DNA of 64,000 nt from Tagaea sp. (GTDB taxonomy: Bacteria > Pseudomonadota > Alphaproteobacteria > CACIAM-22H2). Each line of letters begins with the position of its first letter. The first letter of the stretch is position 1. Of this stretch, positions 29,951 to 39,170 are shown in pieces. Below the pieces are notes generated by a model. It had not been told where the DNA came from and made no database searches. It saw only the letters and a list, made by a program, of their open reading frames with translations. Position numbers and translations under genes: made by a program. The stretch spans positions 134,360 to 198,359 of the forward strand of contig OZ245864.1 in NCBI GenBank assembly GCA_965229215.1, written 5' to 3'.

Positions 29951-30730
29951 TCAGTTGTTCGCCTTGTAGATGGCCAAGTCATGGAAAAAGCTGTCGAAAG
30001 CGGCCTTCGGGGTGATCCCGGTCGCCGCCTCGAAGCGCACGACGGCCTCCAGCGGCAGCGTCCGAACCGGCGTGAACAGGTTGTCGAACACGGTCAGGAA
30101 GTCGGCCTTGGTGAACTGGGCGATGTCGAGCCCGTCGCCGATCTGCACGTACTTGTTGGGTGCGATGCTGATCGACGTCTGCTTGTGCTGCATGATCTTG
30201 AAGAGCCATTCGCGGCGCGTGTCGAAGCGCTTGAAGGCCTTTGCGATCTTCACGAGCACCATCCAGAAGATCGCCTCCGCGCGCGGGTCGGAATAGAAAT
30301 CGTCCCACGTGAAGGTCTCGCCCTTCTTCTCGCGGATCTCCTCGACGATCGCGTTGCACTGCGTGTTCCACTCGGTCTCTTCGTCGCCGACAAGCGAGTG
30401 GATGAAGAAGAAGAAATTGTGGAGCATGCCGCGGTCGAGCTGCTGGGACTGGAAGAAGTCCGACAGCGGATGCACGACGAGACGGCCGAAGGAATTCACG
30501 CGGCGATTCAGGTTCTGCGCATCGACGATCGTGCTGACGATCTGCTGGAAGACGGCGCGATAGAAATTGTCCATCTCGCCGGACGCCTTCATCGCCTCGG
30601 CGATCTTCTCGACGTCATCGGGCCCGATCTTGCCGCCGAGCCGGTCGACCTCCGATTCCACGGTCTTGACGAATGCATCAAGCATCGTGACGACGGCGTG
30701 GCGGATCTGGAGGGGACCTTTGGCGAACAT
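29951..30730 (-). CDS. hypothetical cytoplasmic protein
   Basis: 259-aa C-terminal part of track ORF 29951..31651. ATG 30728-30730. No recognisable family. Confidence 0.5.
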   Translation of the reverse strand: MFAKGPLQIRHAVVTMLDAFVKTVESEVDRLGGKIGPDDVEKIAEAMKASGEMDNFYRAVFQQIVSTIVDAQNLNRRVNSFGRLVVHPLSDFFQSQQLDRGMLHNFFFFIHSLVGDEETEWNTQCNAIVEEIREKKGETFTWDDFYSDPRAEAIFWMVLVKIAKAFKRFDTRREWLFKIMQHKQTSISIAPNKYVQIGDGLDIAQFTKADFLTVFDNLFTPVRTLPLEAVVRFEAATGITPKAAFDSFFHDLAIYKANN

Positions 30731-30847
30731 GATGGCGGCGAGTCTAACCTCTGGTGCGACGGATGGGAACTGTTGCGGCCTAAAGGGATGCGGAGAAGCG
30801 GCGGCCGATGCTAGTCTTTCGGCCGGCGACTCCGGAGGATTTGCGGT

Positions 30848-31819
30848 TTGACGTCCGATCCCGCGCTCTATGCAGGCAAGACGATCCTGGTGACGGGCGC
30901 GACCGGCCTCTATGGCCGCTCCCTCATTCCCCGGCTGGTTGCGGCAGGTGCCAAGGTTCGCGCGGTCTCGACGAAGGCCCCGCCGGCGGACTTTCCCGGC
31001 GGTCCTGCGGTCGAGCACCTGGCAGGCGACCTCACCGACCGGCATTTCGCCGACCGTGCGGCGGCGGGGGCCGACGGGCTGTTCCACCTCGCGGGGCGAC
31101 GCGGCTCGATCGCGATCCAGATCGCGCACGGCGCCACGATGCTGTCGCAGAACACGCTCATCTGCATGAACACGCTGGAAGCCGCGCGCCGGGCCAAGGT
31201 CGCGCGCATCGTCTACACCAGCACCGTCTCTGTCTATCCGCCGCTGGAGATCTATCGCGAGGATCTGGCCTGGTCGGCAAACCCGCATCCGGGCAACGAG
31301 TACGTCGCCTGGTCCAAGCGCATCGTCGAGAAGCTGATCGAGGCCTATGCCATCGAGTACGGCATGAAGAACATCGCGGTCGTCCGGCCGGTCAACACGT
31401 TCGGGCCGCACGACGACTTCGACCCGAAGACCGCGCTCGTGGTGCCGGCGCTGATCGGGCGCGCCCTTTCGGGCGAGAGCCCGTTCACGGTCTGGGGCGA
31501 CGGTTCGGCCGTTCGCGATTTCCTCTATGTCGAGGATGCGGTCGACGGCCTGTTCGCCGCCTACGAGCGCGGCCTCGGGGCCGGGCCCGTCAATCTGGGC
31601 AGCGGGCGCGGCTATACGGTGCGCGAGGTCGTGGCGAGCGTACTCGCCCATGCCGGCGTATCGCCGAAGGTCGTGTGGGACGCGAGCCGGCCCGCCGGCG
31701 AGGCGCGCAAGGTCGCCGATACGGCGCGCGCGAAGGAAATCCTCGGATTTTCCCCGCGCGTCGGCTTCGACGAGGGTGTGCGCCGCACGATCGAATGGTA
31801 TCGCGCGCAGCGCGGCTGA
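30848..31819 (+). CDS. NAD-dependent epimerase/dehydratase family protein
   Basis: VTGATGLYG Rossmann motif and YxxxK (YVAWSK). TTG start 9 nt after GGAGGA. Confidence 0.8.
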   Translation: MTSDPALYAGKTILVTGATGLYGRSLIPRLVAAGAKVRAVSTKAPPADFPGGPAVEHLAGDLTDRHFADRAAAGADGLFHLAGRRGSIAIQIAHGATMLSQNTLICMNTLEAARRAKVARIVYTSTVSVYPPLEIYREDLAWSANPHPGNEYVAWSKRIVEKLIEAYAIEYGMKNIAVVRPVNTFGPHDDFDPKTALVVPALIGRALSGESPFTVWGDGSAVRDFLYVEDAVDGLFAAYERGLGAGPVNLGSGRGYTVREVVASVLAHAGVSPKVVWDASRPAGEARKVADTARAKEILGFSPRVGFDEGVRRTIEWYRAQRG

Positions 31820-31829
31820 AACGCCGCGC

Positions 31830-32309
31830 TCAGCCCAGCGACACGCAGCACAGCAGCATGTCGGGCATTTCGCCGTCGTCGGACAGCGGCAGCACGATGC
31901 GCCGTGCGAAGCGGAAGTCGCGCGCGGGGAAGGCGAGCGGCATGTCGAGCGTCTGCGGTGTGCCCGTCCGCACGCATTCGTCGAGCCAGTCGCCGATGTC
32001 GTCGCGCCGGCCGGGGATCAGCACGTCGTCGAGGAAGCGGTTCGTGATGTCCTTGCCGATGGCGTTGACCAGTTCGGTGCCGACGAGGCGGTAGCGGTAG
32101 CGCATGCGCCCGCCGGTGCGCACGACGTCGTGCAGGATCAGGTAGGGAAGGACGCCGCGGTCGATCTCGATCATGTCGATGTCGCGGCGCGCGGGCATGC
32201 GCCGGTCACCGCGCTTGGCCTGCCAGTAGGCGTGGATGCTCGCTATGAGCGGTTCGCGCCCGCAAAAGGGGACGTCCCCGGCGGGGACCGGGCTCATGGT
32301 TCGTTGCAT
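31830..32309 (-). CDS. PAS_5-like (MopJ-type) PAS-fold protein
   Basis: Shares ..YW...RG.R.MPARRDID..E.....L.L.DV......RYRYRL.GT.LV motifs with the ORF at 61922..62440. Start ambiguous among TTG 32375, ATG 32309 and ATG 32297. Confidence 0.55.
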   Translation of the reverse strand: MQRTMSPVPAGDVPFCGREPLIASIHAYWQAKRGDRRMPARRDIDMIEIDRGVLPYLILHDVVRTGGRMRYRYRLVGTELVNAIGKDITNRFLDDVLIPGRRDDIGDWLDECVRTGTPQTLDMPLAFPARDFRFARRIVLPLSDDGEMPDMLLCCVSLG

Positions 32310-32559
32310 TCGGGGGAACAGGCTCCAAGACGTCTTGTTGGGCCGGGAATTAAGATTTGCGGATGCATTTTGCAATGCACAATTCGATGCCGCCTTCCGG
32401 GAGGAATCGACAGGTACTATCTAGAGGATTGAAATATAATAGAGTTTTCTAATGCACTTGGCAGTCTTCGCAGAACGCAAAGCTGCGTTGCACACCAAAT
32501 GTTCTTCGCCGGAAAGATTGCATCGACCGGCGGCGGCAAAACGGAAGTTTCGTGCGCGG

Positions 32560-33318
32560 CTATTTCCGGACGGGGTCCATGCCGGCCTGCGCCAGCACGG
32601 CCGCCGCCGCGGGGCCGGTCAGGTGCGCGAGCAGGGCACGCGCGGCTTCCGCCTGCCGGGGGGCGGCCGAAAGCCCGGCCGAATAGACCGTGACGAGCTG
32701 GATCGCGGCGGGCAGCGGACCGATCATCTTCACGCCCTTCACGGGCAGGATCTCGCTGATCTGGTGCACGACGATGTCGGCCTCGCCGCGCGCGACGATC
32801 TCGGCGACATAGCCGCCGGCCTGCACCTTCGTCTTGGGCGCCATCTCCGTCGCGAGGCCCGCGCGCTCCAGCCAGTTGCGGAAATAGATGCCGCTGGTGC
32901 CGCCGCCCGCCGGATCGACATAGGCGATGGCGCGCGCCGCGCGGAGCGCGGCCGTGAAGCTCTCGACCGTGGAGATGTCAGGGCTCCGCTCGTTCTCGCG
33001 CACGCCCACGCCGATGCCGACCGACGCGATGTCGGAGCGGCTGCCGGCGGCGAGCTTGCCCTTGGCGATCAGCGCGTCGATCGCGGCAGGCACGATGACG
33101 ACGACGTCGTAGGCTTCGCCCGCCTCGACGCGGCGCGTGGCGCCGCCGGCCGTATCGGCGGTCAGCTTCACCTTGTGGCCGGTGGCTGCCTCGAACTGGC
33201 GCACCATCGCCTCGACGACCGCCTTCGTGGCGCCGGTGCACAGCATGTCGATCTCGGCGGCATGCGCGGGGAGGGCCGCGAAGGCAAGGACGAGAGCGAG
33301 GACGGAAAGGCGGCGCAT
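32560..33318 (-). CDS. ModA-like periplasmic substrate-binding protein (orphan)
   Basis: Signal peptide MRRLSVLALVLAFAALPAHA. AGGAGG RBS before ATG 33318. No cognate ABC permease or ATPase nearby. Confidence 0.75.
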   Translation of the reverse strand: MRRLSVLALVLAFAALPAHAAEIDMLCTGATKAVVEAMVRQFEAATGHKVKLTADTAGGATRRVEAGEAYDVVVIVPAAIDALIAKGKLAAGSRSDIASVGIGVGVRENERSPDISTVESFTAALRAARAIAYVDPAGGGTSGIYFRNWLERAGLATEMAPKTKVQAGGYVAEIVARGEADIVVHQISEILPVKGVKMIGPLPAAIQLVTVYSAGLSAAPRQAEAARALLAHLTGPAAAAVLAQAGMDPVRK

Positions 33319-33433
33319 CGGACCTCCTGAGTCACGAACTGGCGAACGGGCCGGGAGACGATACGGCAAGCGGGGGGCGAGTCAATTCCGTCGGGCCTGC
33401 GGTTTTCCCCCGATCGGCGTATCCTTGCAGGCG

Positions 33434-33721
33434 ATGAGCGAACCGGACCGCAAGCCCGCGAACCGCCTGGCCGTCTTCGCGGTGGGCACCATGGGATGGG
33501 TGGTCGGCACGCTGTACGCGTGGCTGAACAGCCCGCTCTACCAGCATTGCCAGACGCTGTTTCCCGGCAGGTCGCTCGAATGCCGGCGTGCGCTCTATGG
33601 CTGGATCCCGCGCTTCGCGCTCTACTGGCCTTGGCCGATCCTCGGCGCGCTGGCCTTCGCCACCGTCTTCGTCCTCGCCATGCGGCTGCGCCGCGCGACG
33701 CGGGGAGATGGTGCCGGGTGA
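33434..33721 (+). CDS. hypothetical small membrane protein
   Basis: 95-aa ORF whose last codons and stop lie inside the tRNA-derived attL repeat. Confidence 0.35.
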   Translation: MSEPDRKPANRLAVFAVGTMGWVVGTLYAWLNSPLYQHCQTLFPGRSLECRRALYGWIPRFALYWPWPILGALAFATVFVLAMRLRRATRGDGAG

Positions 33722-33762
33722 GGGGATTGAACCCCCGACCTTCGGTTTACAAAACCGCTGCT
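33708..33762. repeat. attL: 55-bp direct repeat identical to the 3' part of tRNA-Thr (41754..41808)
   Basis: Exact 55-nt identity with the tRNA 3' region (anticodon arm through CCA) at the other end of the island. Confidence 0.85.
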
Positions 33763-33963
33763 ACCCCGTAGCAAGCTGGGGCAACCTGAGCGGATGGCCC
33801 CCAGCCTAGACACTCACAAAGCCTTTTATTTGCAGCATTGGATGCTATTTTCGAGCGATGGGGGGTTGCACGATGGTGCAACCTGAGCGACTCTTAAATC
33901 GTGGCTAGGGCGGTGGCTAGACCGGCTCGCCGACCCGCTAGCCACGGTTCGAGGGGTGCCCCG

Positions 33964-35388
33964 ATGAGCGGTTCAAAGCCTTTCCGCAACGACAAGGCGG
34001 CCAGCGATTGGATCAGGAAGACGCTGCGGAGCATGGCCTCGCCCCAGGTGCGCCATAACGACGGGCACGGTCTCTACCTGCGACTGTCGCTAGGTGGCAC
34101 GGCGACATGGACCCTCAAGCGCGCGGTCAACGGCAAGCCGCAGGAAAAGACCCTTGGGCACTTCCCCTCGGTCGGCGTGAACGCTGCCCGCGCGAAGGCG
34201 GCCGAATGGCGTGCGGCGATCGACGACGGCAAGGATCCGGCCAAGGACGAAGCGGAGGCACACGCGGCCGAGCTGGCAGCGCGGCAGGCCCGCGAAGAAT
34301 CCGAACGGCAGTTGAAGCTGCGGACGTTCAACGCACTGGCCGAGCGGTTCATGCGCGAACACGTACAGCGCAAGCTGCGTGCGTCCATGCATACGGCCTA
34401 TGGCAGCACCTTGGGTCTGTTGCCCGCGACCATCCCGTCACGTAGCAAGCTTGGGAAGCCTCGCCAGCGTCGTTGCTACGTCGCCGCATGGCGCAACAGG
34501 CCCATAAAGGACATCACGAGCGACGACGTCGACAACGTCTTGAACGCCATCTACACCGCGGCCGAAGCGAAGTTCCGAAAGCGTCATCCCGACTATCCGG
34601 CCGACAAGGAAGTACCTGCAGGCGTGGGCGCTGGCGGAAACCGGATACGGGTCTATCTGCACCGCTTTTTCGAGTGGTGCATCAAGGAACGCTGCATCGT
34701 CGTGAACCCAGTTATGCAGACGTCGCCGAAGGCCGCGGAGCGCAAGCTCGACCGTGTCTTGACCGACGCCGAACTGGTCGAAGTCTGGAACGCGATCGAC
34801 GCGAAAGGCGGCCAGTTTAAGACCGTCTTGAAGGTCATGGCGTACACCGGCCAGCGTGAAAACGAGGTCGCGGGCATGCGTCGGTCGGAGTTGACCTTGG
34901 ACGGGCCGGAGCCGTTGTGGTCCATGCCGCCGTCCCGTACGAAGAAAGACCGCGCGCACAACGTCCCGCTGGCGCCGCAAGTCGTCGACCTGTTGCGCGC
35001 CGTCCCGCCGCTCGAGGAAAGCGACCTCGTATTCACGACGACGGGCAAGACGCCCCTGTCTGGGTGGTCGAAGCTGAAAGCGCGTATAGACGCCCAGATT
35101 GCGCGGGCACGCCGGGCGGCAGGGATAGAGGCCGACATGCCGGCTTGGCGCTTCCATGACCTTCGCAGGACCGCCCGCACGGCCTTCGCGCGTGCTGGCG
35201 TCAAGCCAGAGGTCGCGCGCGCCATCGTGAACCACAAGGCCAAGGGTATGGACGCGATCTATGATCGCTTCGAGTACATGCCACAGCGTCGGGCGGCCCT
35301 GACGGACTGGGCGAACGAACTGGACGGCATCATCGCAGGGACGTCGCGGCATAACGTGGTGCAACTGCGGGCCGCTGGCGCGGCATGA
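33964..35388 (+). CDS. int: tyrosine-type site-specific integrase (P4-like, N-terminal arm-binding domain)
   Basis: Catalytic-domain residues in the HDLRRT and VNHKAKGMDAIYDR regions. Adjacent to a partial tRNA copy. Confidence 0.9.
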   Translation: MSGSKPFRNDKAASDWIRKTLRSMASPQVRHNDGHGLYLRLSLGGTATWTLKRAVNGKPQEKTLGHFPSVGVNAARAKAAEWRAAIDDGKDPAKDEAEAHAAELAARQAREESERQLKLRTFNALAERFMREHVQRKLRASMHTAYGSTLGLLPATIPSRSKLGKPRQRRCYVAAWRNRPIKDITSDDVDNVLNAIYTAAEAKFRKRHPDYPADKEVPAGVGAGGNRIRVYLHRFFEWCIKERCIVVNPVMQTSPKAAERKLDRVLTDAELVEVWNAIDAKGGQFKTVLKVMAYTGQRENEVAGMRRSELTLDGPEPLWSMPPSRTKKDRAHNVPLAPQVVDLLRAVPPLEESDLVFTTTGKTPLSGWSKLKARIDAQIARARRAAGIEADMPAWRFHDLRRTARTAFARAGVKPEVARAIVNHKAKGMDAIYDRFEYMPQRRAALTDWANELDGIIAGTSRHNVVQLRAAGAA

Positions 35389-35570
35389 TGGCCTAGATAC
35401 ATTTTCCCTCGCGTACCCTTCACGCGCGGGGGGACAGTGCGTTGACACCCCGCGCGGGTTGCACCATTCTGCCGTGCATCGGGCCGCTGCCAATTTACCG
35501 ATAGCCAAAACGTCGAAACGCCGAAGGCCTCCCACGTCCGCAACTGCGGACCCAAGGTCGGAGTTTTGAC

Positions 35571-35828
35571 GTGTCCGAGAAGCTCAAATCATACGTGCGT
35601 TCCGAAGCCATCCTGCGCCGGCAGGGTTGGAGCCGCTGGACGCTGGCCCGCAAGATGAAGGCCAAAGAGCGCCCGTTCCCTGCGCCAGCGATGGAACTGG
35701 ATGGCGTTCGCTACTGGTCCGCAGTGGCCTATGCCGCCTGGCAGGACGAACAGGAAGCCGCATCGGCCCCCCGCCGGCGTACACCGCCGACCCGCACCCC
35801 ACATGCCGCCGACCAGGTGGCCGCCTAA
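35571..35828 (+). CDS. AlpA-family excisionase/transcriptional regulator
   Basis: 85-aa protein with a MerR-like HTH pattern (...ILRRQGWSRWTLARKMKAKERPFPAPAMELDGVRYWSAVAYAAW). GTG start with AAGGTCGGAG RBS. Lies between int and the primase gene. Confidence 0.65.
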   Translation: MSEKLKSYVRSEAILRRQGWSRWTLARKMKAKERPFPAPAMELDGVRYWSAVAYAAWQDEQEAASAPRRRTPPTRTPHAADQVAA

Positions 35829-35964
35829 AACGAAAGCCCCGACGTGGAGGGACACGCCGGGGCTCGCAAGTTCAGTGTCGAAGAGATAACCGCCCAAACA
35901 CTGTACTCGCGCGCCTGTCGGACTGCAACCTTTCCGCGTCGATCCAGACATGAGGATCGACACC

Positions 35965-37977
35965 ATGCCTAATTCACAATCGACACTCGACGCAGCCTTG
36001 GCACTCGCGCGCCGGGGCTTCTACGTCTTCCCCTGCGTCGTCAAAGGCGAAAGCAAAAAGCCGTCCATCAAGAACTGGAAGACGGAGGCCACGCGCGACG
36101 AGGCGAAGATCCGCACCTGGTGGAACGGTGAATTTGAGCGGTGCGCCGTCGGTATTGCGCACGGCAAATTTGGCGATGGATCTTGGTACCTCGTCACGTT
36201 CGACTGCGACAACAAGCACGGCAAGAACGGCGCCGATCGGCTGTTCGAGCTCGAGCTGGAACATGGCGACCTTCCGCGCACATACACCCAACGGACCCAA
36301 TCGGGCGGCCTTCACTATGTATTCAAGACGCGGCACCCGCTCGATGGGCCTGCGGACTTTCGCCCAGGACTCGACATTCGTGGCGCCCGGAACCTCATCT
36401 ACGCCGCCGGCAGCGTGTGGAACGGCAAGGCGTACACGGTCGAAGTCGACGCCGACGTGGCCGAGGCGCCTGAGTGGGTTGTCGACCTTGTCGGGGTGCG
36501 GTCTGTGGATGAGCCCCGCGTCGGGGCGCCGGAGGGGTTGATTCTCGATACGCCGGAGGCTGTCGCTGCTGCGGTCGCGTACATCAACACCGAGTCCCCG
36601 GAGGGGCAGAGCGGTAACCGCGACGCACCAGCGTTTAAGACGGCCGCAGGATGCAGGGATTTCGCGTTGACGCCTGAGAAGACGCTCGAGTTGATGGATG
36701 AGTATTGGAACGGTGTGCGATGCGTCCCGGCGATGGATCTTGACCGGTTGGAAGAGAAGGTCGCGAACGCCTACAAGAGCGCGAGCTCGACGATCGGAGC
36801 GAAGGCGCCCGCCGCGGCCGAGATGCAGCCCGCAGAAGCGGCCAAAACGACCGAGCCGCCGACGACGCAGGCGCCAGCGGCCGAGCCCTTCGCGATCGTC
36901 GGTTATGACGATCCGATCGACACGCCGGAACCCGAGCCTTTGATCGACGGCATATTGGACAAGGGCGCCGCCGTGTTGCTTTACGGCCTGCCGAAGACGG
37001 GCAAGTCGTTTGTGCTGTTCGAGATGGGGCGGTGCGTTGCCGGGAGCGTCAAATTCGCCGACCGGTACACCGAGCACGGCGCCGTCGTCATCTTCTGTTT
37101 CGAGGGACACCCTGGTCTATCGCGGCGCCGCAAGGCGATGCGGCTGCATCATGGCGACAAGAACTTGCCCCTGTTCATCGTGAAGGCGAGGGGCAGCATA
37201 TTGTCGAAGACAACTCAGGCCCAGATGGCTGCGACCGTGGACACTATCGAAGCCCGATGCGGGCAGCGCGTCGTGTTGGTCGGCGTCGACACCGTTACGG
37301 CTGCAGCACCGGGTGAAGACCAATACGCCCCCGGTCCCGCTGGCAACATCGTCAATGCTGCGAAAGCGGTATCGACCGCCCACGGTCGCACGCTGGTTCT
37401 GGTCCATCACGCAGCTAAGGACAAAGGTAACTCCCCCCTCGGATCGGTTGCCTTCCAAGGCAGCGTCGACGCCGTGCTCAAAGTCGGAAAGGATGGGTCG
37501 TGCGGAAAGCTCGACGGCGAAATGATGCGCGAGCACGCGGCCGGCCAGCCTCTCGAGTTTGAGCTGCGGACGGTCCACGTAGGCACGACGGCCCGAGGGG
37601 TCGCGGTGTCGAGTGCGGTGGCGCTATTCGGACCGGCGACCGATTTCACGAAGGCACTGACACCCAAAGAGGCCGAGGTCGAAGAACTGGTTTTGAAGCT
37701 GGCGGCCGATTGCGTACCCGGCGCGGACGACGAGCACGCCGACATCCGCCTTGCTCAAAAGGACGTCGAGGACGCCTTAGTGAACCGGTCGGACCCGCAC
37801 AAAGACGGGATTCTCCGCGTTAGAGCGGAAACGGCCGCAAGGAACGCGATTAAACATTGGAGGGAGAAACGCGCACAAAGTCACAATGTGCGCGTTGAGA
37901 AGCACGGAAAGGCCAATTTCCTGTGTTTTCACCCGATGGCGTTCATCCGCACAAACGCGGAGAAACGCGCACAATGA
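35965..37977 (+). CDS. bifunctional primase-polymerase (PrimPol N-terminal domain) fused to an AAA_25/RecA-like NTPase domain
   Basis: N-terminal YVFPC...K.P...W PrimPol motif. Walker A GLPKTGKS at about residue 340. GAGGA RBS before ATG 35965. Confidence 0.8.
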   Translation: MPNSQSTLDAALALARRGFYVFPCVVKGESKKPSIKNWKTEATRDEAKIRTWWNGEFERCAVGIAHGKFGDGSWYLVTFDCDNKHGKNGADRLFELELEHGDLPRTYTQRTQSGGLHYVFKTRHPLDGPADFRPGLDIRGARNLIYAAGSVWNGKAYTVEVDADVAEAPEWVVDLVGVRSVDEPRVGAPEGLILDTPEAVAAAVAYINTESPEGQSGNRDAPAFKTAAGCRDFALTPEKTLELMDEYWNGVRCVPAMDLDRLEEKVANAYKSASSTIGAKAPAAAEMQPAEAAKTTEPPTTQAPAAEPFAIVGYDDPIDTPEPEPLIDGILDKGAAVLLYGLPKTGKSFVLFEMGRCVAGSVKFADRYTEHGAVVIFCFEGHPGLSRRRKAMRLHHGDKNLPLFIVKARGSILSKTTQAQMAATVDTIEARCGQRVVLVGVDTVTAAAPGEDQYAPGPAGNIVNAAKAVSTAHGRTLVLVHHAAKDKGNSPLGSVAFQGSVDAVLKVGKDGSCGKLDGEMMREHAAGQPLEFELRTVHVGTTARGVAVSSAVALFGPATDFTKALTPKEAEVEELVLKLAADCVPGADDEHADIRLAQKDVEDALVNRSDPHKDGILRVRAETAARNAIKHWREKRAQSHNVRVEKHGKANFLCFHPMAFIRTNAEKRAQ

Positions 37978-38011
37978 TATTTGCCCCATCTAGCCGGGAT
38001 GCGCACACGCA

Positions 38012-38032
38012 ACACCCCCCTTTAGGGGGTGT
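38012..38032 (+). terminator. GC hairpin immediately after the primase stop (ACACCCCC-CTTTA-GGGGGTGT)
   Basis: 8-bp perfect stem with a 5-nt loop, 35 nt after the primase stop. No T-tract follows. Confidence 0.35.
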
Positions 38033-38149
38033 GCGCGTCGCCCGTAGGGGTTGAAAGATACCGGCCGGACCTTTGACGGCATGATCTTTCGAAAGGGTCC
38101 GAAGGCCCGTTGTGTACGGATGCCGGTTCACCCGTTGAGCGAGGCAGCG

Positions 38150-38323
38150 TTACCGCTGCGTCGGCCCTTTCTTCTCGAACTGTTCCAGCTTCGCGATGAG
38201 ATGACGGAGGCGGGAATTCGGGATGACGATCGCGTCGTCGCCCTGGCGCATGTGGATGATACCGATGTCGGCGTCGTTGCCGACTTGGACGGACGCCCAT
38301 CCCTTTCCGAGGTCCAATTGCAT
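38150..38323 (-). CDS. hypothetical small protein (57 aa)
   Basis: AAAGGGGA RBS 7 nt before ATG 38321-38323. Lies on the opposite strand to the island replication module. Confidence 0.4.
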   Translation of the reverse strand: MQLDLGKGWASVQVGNDADIGIIHMRQGDDAIVIPNSRLRHLIAKLEQFEKKGPTQR

Positions 38324-38807
38324 GTAGATCCCCTTTCCGTTTGGTTTATCGCAACAGCGGTGACGGGAATATCTGGCTTTCACAATCCTCAGTCAAGATT
38401 AAGTTATTGAAACTGTTGCGATTTTCACAACTTTTCTAGTTAAGCCATTAAAAGTATGTAGCAAATAATTCTGCACGCAGGGGGTGCGCTGGCCGTCAGT
38501 TGCCAACCGACTCGCGCGGACACGCGGGAAGAATCCGCGGCGATCGACGGCGACGACCGGCCGACGCACGACACATGACGGCGTCAGGATCCGGCGCACC
38601 GGATGGCGCATCCGCTGCTATCGGCTGCAAGCTGCCGCAACGGCACGCATCCGCCGTCCAGAGCGTGACGACGGCGAAATAGCCACCGCTGTAGCCACGA
38701 ACGCCGGGAAGATGCACCAGCGACGACCGCAGCCGGACCGGCGAGGCGTTGGGGTGTCGACCCCACCCCCGGCCTCGAGCTTGGGGGATTCCGTTTTCGA
38801 GGGGGTA

Positions 38808-38837
38808 CCCCGGGAAATCGGGCCGGGGGGTCTTTTT
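38808..38837 (+). terminator. intrinsic terminator-like hairpin (CCCCGG-loop-CCGGGG followed by TCTTTTT)
   Basis: 6-bp GC stem, 9-nt loop, then a T-tract. Located in a 570-bp region with no convincing ORF. Confidence 0.45.
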
Positions 38838-38951
38838 CATCCACCGGCCGCGGAAGCTACATGAACTGTCTGTCACTTTTGTTTCGATTAACTCAACACA
38901 AGGTTGATTCCAGCTAGCCATGCCACTATTTAGTGTGCGTAAATACTCGAC

Positions 38952-39170
38952 ATGACCAAACCGAACTTCGACTTCACAGGCGCATCGTGCCGCTGGCTCG
39001 AGGATGACCCCCACGACCCGAGCTGCCGGCAATGCCCCAAGGCGCCAGCGGCAGGCCGGCCGTACTGCCCCGAGCATCAGCACCGCGCATATCAGCCGAA
39101 CAGCGCACCCCGGAAACGTGAAGACCTGGACCCTTGGGCCAAGGTCGCCGTCGATGCGGAGGCCGCATGA
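38952..39170 (+). CDS. small Cys-rich (zinc-ribbon-like) hypothetical protein
   Basis: 72-aa protein with C-x9-C-x2-C-x10-C spacing. Its stop forms an ATGA overlap with the next ORF. Confidence 0.45.
   Translation: MTKPNFDFTGASCRWLEDDPHDPSCRQCPKAPAAGRPYCPEHQHRAYQPNSAPRKREDLDPWAKVAVDAEAA

Noticed and set aside
33434-33721. Possibility that the small ORF ending inside attL is a real conserved gene
   Set aside because: It is kept only as a low-confidence feature. Its 3' end derives from tRNA-repeat sequence on the opposite strand, so it may be an integration by-product.
38484-38864. 126-aa ORF in the island non-coding stretch
   Set aside because: It reads through a canonical intrinsic terminator hairpin and T-tract, has no RBS, and has an Arg-rich low-complexity translation. 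The region is better explained as non-coding or ncRNA.
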